A DNA stretch of 64,000 nt from Takakia lepidozioides (taxonomy: Eukaryota > Plantae > Bryophyta). The notes below the pieces were generated by a model. The model did not search any database, was not told the origin of the DNA, and saw only the letters and a program-made list of their open reading frames with translations. Below, piece by piece: positions 24,061 to 36,000 of this stretch. Numbering within the stretch: position 1 is the stretch's first letter; each line of letters begins with the position of its first letter. The stretch spans positions 92,628,001 to 92,692,000 of the forward strand of contig CM060731.1 in NCBI GenBank assembly GCA_030704615.1. Direction: 5' to 3'. Position numbers and translations under genes: made by a program.

Positions 24061-24642
24061 TTTCGACGCTGCAAGAACTCACCACGGTCCATTGGGGCCA
24101 TGGTGGGTGGGCTAAGACTCACCACGACTCATCACAGGGAGTCGAGGGTCTAAGTGGTGGTTCACCAGAAAATGACTTGGCTGTTTGTGAGACCCCTGCG
24201 GACACCTACAGAAGTATATGTAGGGAGTAGTAACCCCGAGAACGGTGCAAGCCCGTTAGTGACCAAAGCTAGAGGACAAGCGTGCGAGCTGGAAAACGAC
24301 CAAGGTGTGGGGAGCTATTCCGGACTGCCTACAACCAAAGGGAATTTTCACTAGGCCCGATTAGTTCGAGGGTCTCGTGGGGGAGCAAAAGAGACCGTTA
24401 TGCCCCGGTGAGCAGCCGAAGCTCCGAGTTGGTCCGGCGGCCAGTTTGGGAGTTAGGCGTGCGCATCCAAGCGAGTAACTATGACTTGGGGGGGAGTTAC
24501 CAAAGTGAGGTGCGCGACGGTTAACCTCCAAGAGGGCCCTCGTTCTGTCCTCTGGACCATATGAGCAATGATACCTACAACAACAAACTACATTCCATTA
24601 CTATCACACCAAGGGGACTCAGGCACTCAGGCATGCATGGAA

Positions 24643-24729
24643 GAGAGAGAGAAGAATCCGGCCGAAGCCGGCGTAACTAAGAGCCACTTCACCTTGCGGC
24701 TACTGCCCCCTTTCGGGGGTGGGCCCTAC
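24643..24729 (-). mobile_element. 87-bp retroposed (SINE or LINE 3' end) insertion with (TC)n tail and 11-bp TSD
   Basis: catgcatggaa occurs at 24632-24642 and 24730-24740; related copies at ~43603-43690 (-) and ~48448-48531 (+). Confidence 0.8.
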
Positions 24730-27071
24730 CATGCATGGAAATCATTGAATAGTCCTTGTAACACATGATCGGCATACACTTGTACCTTGTTATAATCAAA
24801 GCACTATTGGTACAAGGAGCTAAGAGAGATCCCTCCGGACAGCCTCTTTGCTGGTGCCTGTGGAAAGTGCATGGGCCATCTGCACGGGATGACTCCCTAG
24901 TAATGAAATCAACAACGCGATTCCATTGAATGTAGGCCAATTGGGTTGAGTCTTTGCTGGGAGGCTTGCCATGCCATTGGAAACGCCACTGCAGTACATG
25001 ATGGTTGAAAGCACCTGCATTTGACATTTGCACTTGGTTTCGAAGCAGCAAAACAAGATGGGACACAATTTCTTCAGATTTCTTGCCAATAGACATGTCG
25101 ATATACAATTCACAGAGGAGGCGCGGCTGATAGAGGCTGCACGTATGCTTTCCCGGTGACAGAACTGTTTCAGACACCGATGAAACGAGGGTGACGATTG
25201 GAGGTCGCCTTTGATTACACGTCCATCCTAGTCTCATCCACTCATACCTAGACACATCCATCCTAAATCCTAGAAGTAGACGCACAAGTTCGTTCTGAAC
25301 AATTATGTCCATTAAATAATACTAGATTTGAAATTTCAAATTTGATGGGTAGCCATGTGTAACCATGCATCTGTTGGCTTCACTCCCATTATGGTCCTCA
25401 CATGTTATGTTCATGACCACATGTGACATCTGCCATGGATGGGTGCATGTCAGACATGAATCATGTGTTATATAAACGACCTTGGATGTGGTGACGGCTG
25501 GGGAGGGCGGGGGAGGGGGAGGGGTCCCGGGCCGCGGCGACCGCGAGCCGCGCAGGAGCCGGCGGGCAGGGTGCGGCTGGGGGCGGGGGGCCATGCAGGC
25601 AGGACCCTTGGGCTCGCATTAAACTCCCGGGCCTCTTCTAATGTGTGCCCTTCTACATGCTTCAATTTCATCACACCAACGTTTTCTAAACAAATCTACA
25701 GGTAGGAGATTTCAACAGAATCTATGGGGAATTTATTGCTTTCAGTGTGAGAGGTTGGGCCATGTTGTCAGAAGTTTAATTGCAGTTAGAACCATTACAA
25801 ACTATTAACATCTGCAAAAAGTACGTAGGAAATCTACTTTTTGGAAACCCGAAACAGGTCTCCTATGCCCTATGCTCTTAATCCCTAAATGACAAGCACC
25901 CTTTTTGTGGGTTCACTACAAAAGGGTGCGTACCCTGCATACCCTCATGGACGAGGGTGTAAGTTTTTATCCCCAACCATAGGGATGAACCTTATAGTTA
26001 TATGCATATCTATTACATCTGCGCCATGTGAAAAATGTAGGCAATTTGACCATTGCATTAAGGAGATTATAGTAAAATAATGTGCCCCAATTTTTAAATG
26101 TATTCCAAAATTGCATGTAAAAACTGGTTTGACCACCAAATTCAAGTATCGAGTTGGATTTTCCCAGATACAGGCCCTCCACAATCTGATTATATGGCAC
26201 CTAAAGGAATGTCTCCCCCAAAAATTGACCCAAATTCCCAAAATGGAGATGGATTGCTATGTATGTGAAATCTGGGGGATAGATTGTTAGATGTTGGTTT
26301 CCTTCCCAAATACACCCATGAAGGTAATATTTGCTTTCTAATTCCTCGAGTAAGTACGTGCATAGTAACATTACATAATGCCTTGTCCAGAAATTTGGGC
26401 ATTATAATAAATTCTGAGCCCTATATGTTATTTACGGGATTGGCCGTTTGTCCTGCTGCCACGGGGGTTCAACGGTGCTTTTCCAACCCCCTGCACTTCG
26501 AAAAATTCTATAGAGTGGAGCTTTAAATATTTTAGGGCGCTATATTCCCACATGTGCTCCTCCCTAATGTGCACCATTTACCCTAGGGTTCACTGCCATC
26601 CACTATCATCCACGAAAACTACACATGGATGAAATCTGAAACTGATTCAGGTCGCCTCGTCCTTTAGGGGTTAAAGGTTAAACATGGCACAATGATGGCC
26701 GGGATGAACGTCCTTCCCTATCACAAAAAATCAATAATTCAATATATATATATATATATAGCACTCACCATGGGTAGGCATGAAAGGGTGATAACATATG
26801 GATAAAATTTTAAATATATGATGGAATTATTTTTTCACGAAGGTGTTAGCTGGTGAAGGCATCATCTTAAAAGGTGGGTAATTATTGGAGAAGTACATTA
26901 GGAGAACAGCACCAATGTGGGGAATTTGAAGCCAATGAGTTACTTTTCGACATTATATTTCCCTTTGTTTAGAGGTTCTTGTTACAGTCACCTCATTTGG
27001 GTCTTTTATAAAGCTACAGAGTTTCACATTGCCTTCTTCCGCACACTTGTTTCCAACTTGTGCCCTGCATA

Positions 27072-27468
27072 AGGGCCTTACCACAGGAGTGGCAGTGAGC
27101 TCCAGTGACGTGGAAATCCCTGGCTAGGATTGTAGCATAGTGATGGTACGGAGAGTAGGCCAGTATCAGCAAAACCAAAACAACGCTTCCACAAGAGTGG
27201 CAGTTGGGCACGGGAATATATAGTTGAGAAGTAGTAATGAACAAGGTGATGAGCTCCACGGCGGGAAAGAGCATATCACTACAAATAAGTTCCCTAATAT
27301 TTCGGAATTCCAGACACTAGTCCTTGGAAATCCTACTTCCATGGAGAGGCTCCACATTGCCTTCTCGTTGCCATTTCTCCGTGTGGTAGGTGAGGGTGTC
27401 AGTTTACAGTTCATCAACCAATCAGCAGGTCGAATTTGTTTCCACTGCCACTCGTGTTGTAGCGCCCT
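27072..27468. mobile_element. MITE with ~28-bp imperfect TIRs (Harbinger/Tourist-like or TA-target)
   Basis: agggccttaccacaggagtggcagtg ... cactgccactcgtgttgtagcgccct, flanked by TA(A) and (T)TA. Confidence 0.65.
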
Positions 27469-27848
27469 TATTACGAGAGAATCCTAAAATGGGGCACACA
27501 CGGATATAGTTTAAGAAGAAATAGACAAAAACAGATTTTGGAAAGGTCAGCTCCATAGAACAGACAATTATTGGGAAATTTTAAACTGGATGAAATACGC
27601 AATGTAGTTTTGTTGGCAAAATTTCGGCTCCTGCCATCTTGAAATGAACTTAATGCCCCCCCCCCACCCAAAAAAAAAACGATCGTAGGTATAGGCATTG
27701 GGCCCTGTGTGGCCATTTTTCAGTAGTCTTTTTAGGTGACGACTGGAGTAAAGTTTGTCTAAATGACTAGACGTGTTTTTCCCCACTCGTTCCTTTGTTA
27801 AGAAGATATTAACGACTCAGTCCAGGCCCCAGGGTCAGTGTACAAGTA

Positions 27849-28785
27849 CAGTCTGCCCTGGATAAATGTTACCTCTATAAACGTTAAACTACCATAAATG
27901 TTAAGAAAATCTTACTCCCCTGCTTGTGCACACTGGCAAATGTTAATTGTTATTTGTTAACAATTGTGTACTCCCCTCTTTGTAAATCTGCCCTCAATAA
28001 ATGTTAAGTGCACGATAAAGGCATATAATCAGGCATATAGTCAGGCATAAAGGCATATTATCAGGCATTGTTGGAGCACACAGGGCTTTTGATAATCCCA
28101 GATTTGAATGAGGTGGGCCCTAGGTCACATGATGAAGATCCTGATGAGGTCACTACCTTGTTGAGGCAACTTTCCTTGGTCTCTGAAAATACTACTTCCC
28201 TAATTTACCGAATATGGATGCCCAAGAATTTGTCAATTATGAGGTTGAGTTTGATCTTAACAATCCTTATGAAGTTACCGAGGATGACGTGTTGGAGTTG
28301 GTGGGTTCGGGGGCTGTGCATATGGTCAAGTTGATCAGGACCATGAGGAAGAACACACACATGCACTTGAAATTCCAGCCCCTGTAGCATTCAAGGATGC
28401 CAAAATGGCCATAGCTACCATTTCTCAATATTTGGAGCAAACACCTTATGACGTTATGAAAAACTATTTTAGCCATGAAACGCCTAGACAAAGAAATCGA
28501 GGATATGCATATTAGAGATACTCGTCATACCACAATCGATTCATATTTCCTGCCCATAACTGAATGACTCTATATATATATATATATATATTTAATTGAA
28601 TGACTCTATATAATTACACTTTGTTTCATAAGTGTTAATTTCATAAATCTTATATTTGTTAAATGTTACCTTCTGTAAATGTTAATGTGTTAACCCTAAA
28701 CCTTCATAACTGTTAATGTGTTAACCTTGTCTAAATGTTATTTTTTCCCTACTCCTGACTGTTAACATTTATCCAGGGCAGACTG
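27849..28785 (+). mobile_element. pogo/Tigger-type Tc1/mariner deletion derivative
   Basis: Perfect 23-bp TIR CAGTCTGCCCTGGATAAATGTTA with TA TSD on both sides; internal transposase C-terminal remnant ending TTIDSYF (PIP-box-like). Confidence 0.9.
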
Positions 28786-30063
28786 TAGGCTAGTAAGAAA
28801 TGAATAAATGCATATCCGACAAAATCTTGGAAACAGGGTCCTTGCAGGGCAGTATTTTTGTGGGCGTCATGCAAGTCAACTCGACACACACACGGCCCAC
28901 CAGCCCGCCATCCAAACACCATGACTCTCAACCTCAATCGGATGAACGCCTCAACTGTTGTTCAGGAATTTGACCGCTGACTCTGTGAGGATGGGCTATA
29001 TTTGACTGTTTAGGAGGTCAAACTTCTTTTCCTCTCAAAGGATGATTTTATGCAGAGCCTCACGATGGATATTGGTAGTGTTGATAGAAGTCGCCAAAAG
29101 TCTCGCTGATTGGATTGTAATCAGAGAAATGTTGGGCCATGATCTCTACTTTGAGATGTTGTTTGTTGTTTCCAATACACCCGCTGCTTTGGAAGCTACT
29201 ACAACACATCGATGAGAGGACTCCCTTCGACAGTTTCTCTCTGTACTGATGTAGTAGGACATCGTGGGAGTGGGCAGACTCGAAAGTCCTGCAATGAGAC
29301 CTCTTAGCGAATGAAGTCTTGAAGCACAGTGTCTGTATCCTATTTGCTTGTTTTGAGTTGTGCTGTGCTTGCACATACCAAGTCTATCAAATTTGAACGA
29401 AGCAGCCAGTCCCGTCAGTGGCCAACATAAACTCCTATTTATTGATCATCCATTCAGAGGTAGAGCCGTCGTTCTGCGAGAACTCTAAAAATGTTTGCAT
29501 TTACACAAGTGCCTGGGACAAAATTTGTACAGGATACCACAGACCATCAAGTTGGATTTGTTTTGAAGCATCAGTCGAAAAAGATGGTTGGAGATTAGAC
29601 TGGTGCAACTTCAACACTTTACCCTCTTGGGTACTCAGGAGGTGAGTGCTACTGTTTCCCAGGCATAAGAATTGCAATTCTTCTTGCATATATGTGATGT
29701 ATACCAAGGGATACATACCCACTGCCAAATAAACCCAACAATCTGGCCAGACAGTTTTTAGCGTCCAACCCACCCAATTGACTCCCGACTCAGCTTTCGA
29801 TGGTTGCAGTGAACAAGAGCCTAAGGGTGAAATGGTGAAGCTAATGAACCCTTGGCCCTGTGCTGGTTTCTAAGAAGAAAGGTGCCGAAGGGTGGCAACC
29901 TCAGGCACATGCAATCGCCCGTCGTATGACCAAGTAACCCCCATATGCCACAAAGCAGTGGAGATATCTGAACCTAAGCCATGTCTATGTACAAATAAAA
30001 ATTGAAACTACCAGAAGAGAGTTTCAATGTCACTGGTCGCACCTACCCACAAACCCCCCAACT

Positions 30064-33000
30064 TCAAGAGCAAAAGTTTTGTAGCTCCAGTTTGATGTCC
30101 TTTACAGTGCTTGCAATACGGTGCTTCGTGTAGGTGTCTGACGTTGCCGCCACCCATTGGTCGCATTGCTGCTCCACCTCCTCTCTCTTCAGTCTAAAAT
30201 GCTCCCTGACAATGTCAGCAAACAGGGGGTCTGGTTTTCGCAAAGCAGCTAGCACAGCCAGTGAGAGGGTATGTTCCTGGTGCCGCTGGTTTTCCTTTTC
30301 TGCTTCAGGGCTCTTGTTTTGCTCAAATCCCGGTTCATTGTAATAGGGGTCCTTCACAAAGATGAGAGACTGGATGGAGACTAGCACTTGTAGGAGTGTC
30401 GACTTCCCCGGAACCCAACCAGGCCCACTCCACGTCCCAAGCAAACTTAGGCAAATCTTGCCTGAATCGTATAGATTTGGATTAAAGCGCACTTTGCCAC
30501 CTCCAGTTGTCAAGAAGTGGACAAATGGTGGAACCTGAGGATAGTCTGCAGAATTTGAACGTGCATGCACGCATCACTCTGGTAAGTTGACATGAACACC
30601 ATACATCATCGTAGGGAAGTTCAATGTTAAATGTCATTCTTCTGTCTCAGTGGGACCTCTCTTCAGGCACCACAAGGAGTACTTCACTACGAACTCTGAT
30701 GTTCCTGTGGCCGTGCAGATCTACCTGCTGGCGAAAGCCCATGTCCCGGGATCTCGGAGACCAATCCGGTAGTGGGCTGCACGTCCCAAAATGCTTATGC
30801 AATACTGCTATGGTCACATCGGACCATGCTATCGCCCCTTACCCAACAATAAGAAAACCATAGATGTAGGAATTCAAAGCCACATGCATGGGCCAGAACA
30901 TCTTCATTAGCAGAGAGTGCTCATTGGTGATACATGTTGCACTGGAGATTATTTCAACATTATCAACATGTTGCCCCTGCAGTGACAGAGAGTCAGAAAT
31001 AGAAGAGAAAGAAGAATCTCACCGGGAGGTAGGAAGATGTCAAACAGAAACACTCCATTCTGATAGGGCGTCCCATGTGGGCCCACAATCAAGGCCCGCA
31101 AAACATCTAGCCGCTCATCGTCCACACACAGATGGATGCTCGATTCCCACTCTAACGGCAGTGTGGTGGTGAGCGACGCAATCTCTTTGGACAAATGCAG
31201 CATGCGCTTCTGATTATGGACTCCTCTCTTGTCGATACACGATGAATTTGCTACCTTTCCCAATATGTGGTCCTTGTAATGATGTTTATACTCCCCTTTT
31301 TCATCAGTCATTGACATTTGCTTAAACTGTAATACTCTAAGTTTTTCTTTGTACAGGGCCATCACTTGTTTAATTCCGGGCTCCTCTGCCTGTGCTTCTG
31401 GCTTCTTCCCTCTTGATCGAGTAGCGACTCCCAGTGCAGGGGTCTCAGGGGCCAACTCAGAGAGAGAGCCACCCTGTCTGGTCACATTCGCTTGCAAAAT
31501 TTCATAGCATGTGCAGAGTTCTTTGGCCAGACTGATATCCACATCAGCAGCATGGTTCTGGCCCTCAGGTGATCCATTGGTTTGAATCCGGTGCAACATC
31601 ACCTACAGACAAATTTGTCAAAATGACTTAGAGCCTGAAAGCAGGAGATGCAGTTTGTATAACACTCAGTGTTTGCATTGAGTCAATCTCCCCATGTCCT
31701 AAGCGTGCTAATTGTTCCAGACAGTAAGGCTGTTTTGTAGCAGATATCAAAGCTGCAAAAGAAACACACATGTCTATTTCTGCGAATGTAAGTTTTGTTA
31801 CCTTGGCCTGCTTGTATATGTTCTCCATTTTCTTAATCACTGTGTTGTCCTTGTCGTCCCCATAATCATCGTCGTCGTCCTTCGACTTATCCCCAACACT
31901 GGTGCTTCTCTTTAAGGCTACCGGATTCCCCCCCGCCCACACCTCTTGTTCTGATCCTTTATCATACTTGGGGCACCCTGATAGAACAGGAAAAAGCTCC
32001 CCATGCATTTTTATAGCCTTTAACAACGCCACCTGCATTGGCAAACCACTGAGTTCAGATCGAGTCATGTCCTATTCACACATCTCTCAAGAGAAGAGTT
32101 TCATTGCACACTTGAGAAATCAAGTTGAGCAAGTGCTTTGTCACCCACCATTTTGAGATAGAGGCTGCTTCTCTCGGAGATATCAAGCATAGAGTCATTC
32201 GTGGCTAACTGCGTCAGCAAGCGGCTCAGAATGTTTCCCCATCCTAGCAGCGCACAAGTGGCTGCAGTCAGTGGTGAGTATGGCCCTCCCTCCTCCACCC
32301 CCCCGAGGTCGCCGTTCAATACACCTGTCAAAAAACCCAAGGCTTTCTCCACCCTGCAATCAACTTCAACCTCTGCCTTTTTGGCCGCTGCCTGCATGTG
32401 TTCTATCTGGCTCTTGTTCTCTACATAGTCGCCTCCAAAACCTGTTACATCAAAAGTACTTGGAATTTGATGCACTCTGAAGTCTGGAAAGTGAAGTGCA
32501 AGGACCCAGGAAGTCATTCTAGAGGGAAAACACTTCTACAACCAATTGCTGGTGTTTCTAGAGAAATTGGGACCAAAGTGGTGATTCTCCCCACTGCTCA
32601 AGATAGACCTTGTTAAAGGCTGCACGTGATCGACCTCTGCCCACGTGCTGAAAGGGAAAGAAGCGTACCTGTACCATCTGCCCAAATGGTCTTCCCTGAA
32701 GTGGTCTTTGCTGAGGTGCTAGTATCGGATCTTTGTGATAGCTTGCGTTCCGTATGTACCTTCAATTATTTTAAACAAGAGATTTTACTTTGCAGAGTCA
32801 AAATTCTTGCCAGATATTGGTCTTGATAGTAATCTACCACCCTAATTTATTCCTTCTCGTATATTCCCAGACGAGAGAATGTATTTGCTCTCCATAGCCG
32901 TTTGGCCCCAGACCCCAGCCCGGTTTTGGATGTAAAGAACAAAGCCAAAGAGGAGGAATAAGGACACAAAGAAAAAGAAACTTTAAAATGTCCACAGGAC

Positions 33001-36000
33001 GCCAAACAAGAGAGAAATGAATGCAACAAATAAATGAACAGAGAAAAACTTTACATTGTTCACAAACAACCAAGCAAAAAAGCGAATATGTCCTGAGGAC
33101 TTCTGGGTCACAGAATGCATGACAAACAAAGAGAGAAAGTAAAAATGAAACTTATAATATCCACAGGGGGACTGAGGGGGGCCCATGGGCCAATTTAATA
33201 CAGCAAGAAACCCCTTCAGAAAACATTGGATAATGAAGTGCCTCATGCAGGTAGGCTCTGAGAGAGAGAGAATGTACTCATATGATGTTGTTTGCTGCAG
33301 CCAGACCCCGTCTGTTACCTTTATGAGAGGCTCACTCCAGTGGACATACCTTGATATAAACAATTAGTTTGGGCTTTCCAGATTCCCTCTAGAAAGCCCT
33401 TCACAGACCATCAATCTGCTGTGTGTAAGCTGCCCAGCAATTAGACCCCCAACAGGGCTAGGGCTTTAGGCTCAGCCTTGAGATTTTGAAAGTTGGTGAA
33501 CAGAGGTGCATGGACTATGGTCTTGATGGTCGCTCTCTGATGAGAATACCCCGGACACTATATCAGAAAATGGATATCCGTCTTTGGGCTGCCCGTACAT
33601 CAGGCATTGAAAATCTCCCTTTCCTTTTTGCATCTGTTTATTGTTCAAAAGTCGACTCCCCACCCTGAGTTTAAAATTCAGTGCCGAGGGTAGAGAGAGA
33701 AGAGAATGTACTCATAAGACATTGTTTGCCGTAGCCTTGTGGCCATTGACCCCGCGCCCAGTTTGAGCGGAAACCAAAGGGACAGAACCTACCTCTGTCA
33801 GGGGCTGACATTGGTAGTAAGACTTACTTTTATACATAGAATTGATCCGGGTTTTCCAGATATCCTCTAGAAATCCCTTTACACAAGCATCAATCTGCTG
33901 TGTGTGATTTGCCCAAAAACTAGGCCTCAGAAGGGCCTGGGCTTTTGGCTCAGCCTCGAGACTTTCACAGTTGGTAAACAGAGGTACAGGCACAATTCTC
34001 TTGATAGATTGGAGGAGAGCGTCTCTCTGGTGAGAGTACCCCGGACAGTGAATCAGAAAATGAATATTGTCTTCGGGTTGCCCACACAACGGGCAATTGC
34101 ACTCTCCCAAGGTAGGCTTCCTGCCCTGAGTTTAAATTTCAGTCTGGTGCCGAGAGTGGGTAGACCCTTGAGGTCATAGATGATATCCTCCCCCATGTCA
34201 CAGACTGGAAACAGGTTCAGGGAAGTTTTCTGCCTAACTTCATTTTCATCAGACAATTTTCTGGTAACAGACATGGCTTTGGACACTACAGTCTCTAAGT
34301 CAGATTTATCCAGCAAGGTCAAGACTTGCGGGTCCAGATTCAGATCCTTGAGAAGAGAAGAGAAGAGAGAAGAGAGAGAGTGTACTCATAAGACGTTGTT
34401 TGCCGTAGCCTTGTGGCCATTGACCCCGCGCCCAGTTTGAGCGGGAACAAAAGGAACAGAACCTACCTCTGTCAGGGGCTGACGTTGGTAGTAAGACTTA
34501 CCTTCATATAAAGAATTAATCCGGGTTTTCCAGATATCCTCTAGAAATCCCTTCACACAAGCATCAATCTGCTGTGTGTGATTTGCCCAAAAACTAGGCC
34601 TCAGGAGGGCCTGGGCTTTTGGCTCAGCCTCGAGACTTTCAAAGTTGGTAAACAGGGGTACAGGCACAATTCCCTTGATAGAGTTGAAGAGAGCATCTCT
34701 TTGGTGAGAGAACCCCGGACAGTGTATCAGAAAATGAATACTGTCTTCAGATTGCCCACACAACGGGCAATTGCACCCTTTCCTCTCTGCTTCTGTTTGC
34801 TGTTCAAAGGTAGGCTTCCTGCCCTGAGTTTAAATTTCAGTCTAGTGCCGAGAGTGGGTAGACCCTTGAGGTCATCCAAGATGTCCTCCCCCATGTCACT
34901 GACTGGAAACAAGTTCAGGGAAGTTTTCTGCCTAACTTCATTTTCATCAGACAATCTCATGGCAACAGACTTGGCTTTGGACACTACAGCCTCTAAGTCA
35001 GATTTATCCAGCAGGGTCAAGACTTGCGGATCCAGGTCCAGGTCCTTGAGAATCTCTTCTACTCTCATCTGCCAGGACTTAGCCTGTTTGACAGGGCGGT
35101 CCTGTTTCCAAGATATAGAGTCGATTAACTTAGGATATCTGGTGTTGGGCATATGTTGCAGCTGACCCCACCATCTGACCTTGAATTCATCTCGTCGGGA
35201 GCTTAAGGCTGGAATGCCAAACTCACCCCGAACAGCCACATTGGCTGTTTTGGAGCATGCTGACATACACTCTTAAGCACCCCCACTTGAATGGATTCTA
35301 GAGACTTAGCCTGGTTGGAGTTATCAACCCATATAGCAGATCCGTACTCCAAGGCAGGTCTAATAACGCGACAAAGCATGGTTTTCTTAACCTCAGAGTT
35401 GACCCCTCTGCAGTGGAAAAATTTAGTGAGCCCCAGAGCTTTGCCCTTGCCAGTTTGAACAACTTTCCGGATATGTGCATCCCAATTACAATGGGAGGAA
35501 AACTCAACGCCCAGGTAAGTGTAGGAAGGGAGGACCGGGATCTCTTGGCTACCCCACTGCCACTTAAGATCACTTCCTCCCTCTCCTCTGTCGTTGAATG
35601 CTACCACTGCACATTTGCTGACATTAGCCTCTAGCCCCCAAAGATCAAAGTATCTCTTCGCGCAATCAATCAACTCCTGGAGATTGGTTGGAGTCTCCCC
35701 TATGCCTGCGAAGTCATCCGCAAACATAAGGGCTGGTATGGTGGTATCACCCACCCTTAACCCAAATCCCTCACTTTCCACATCCTCGAGGAGTTGATTG
35801 ATGAAAACATTGAAGAGCAGAGGGGAGAGAGTACATCCTTGAGCTACACCTTGGTCTATGTCAAAGAAGTTGGACTTCTGTCCGTTAACAGTGACACAGC
35901 TTTTGGTGTGAGCATACAAGTTGTGGACAACTTCCACATCTTTCCCTTGATCCCACAAGACCAGAGGCGGAACCATAGGCCATCTCTCCACACTGTGTCA

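Noticed and set aside
24643-24729. Hammerhead ribozyme or group II intron domain V
   Set aside because: It lacks the CUGANGA/GAAA core and the domain V AGC-triad helix; kept only as an unassigned structure.
25898-25928. CACTA terminus (CACTACAAAAGGG)
   Set aside because: It is part of a local hairpin (cacccttttt gtg..cactacaaaagggtg) and has no partner end.
26660-26682. Second piggyBac-like end (ggggttaaaggttaa)
   Set aside because: No matching inverted partner was found.
29060-29773. Short ORFs downstream of the UBC gene
   Set aside because: No recognisable motifs; probably 3' UTR or intergenic.
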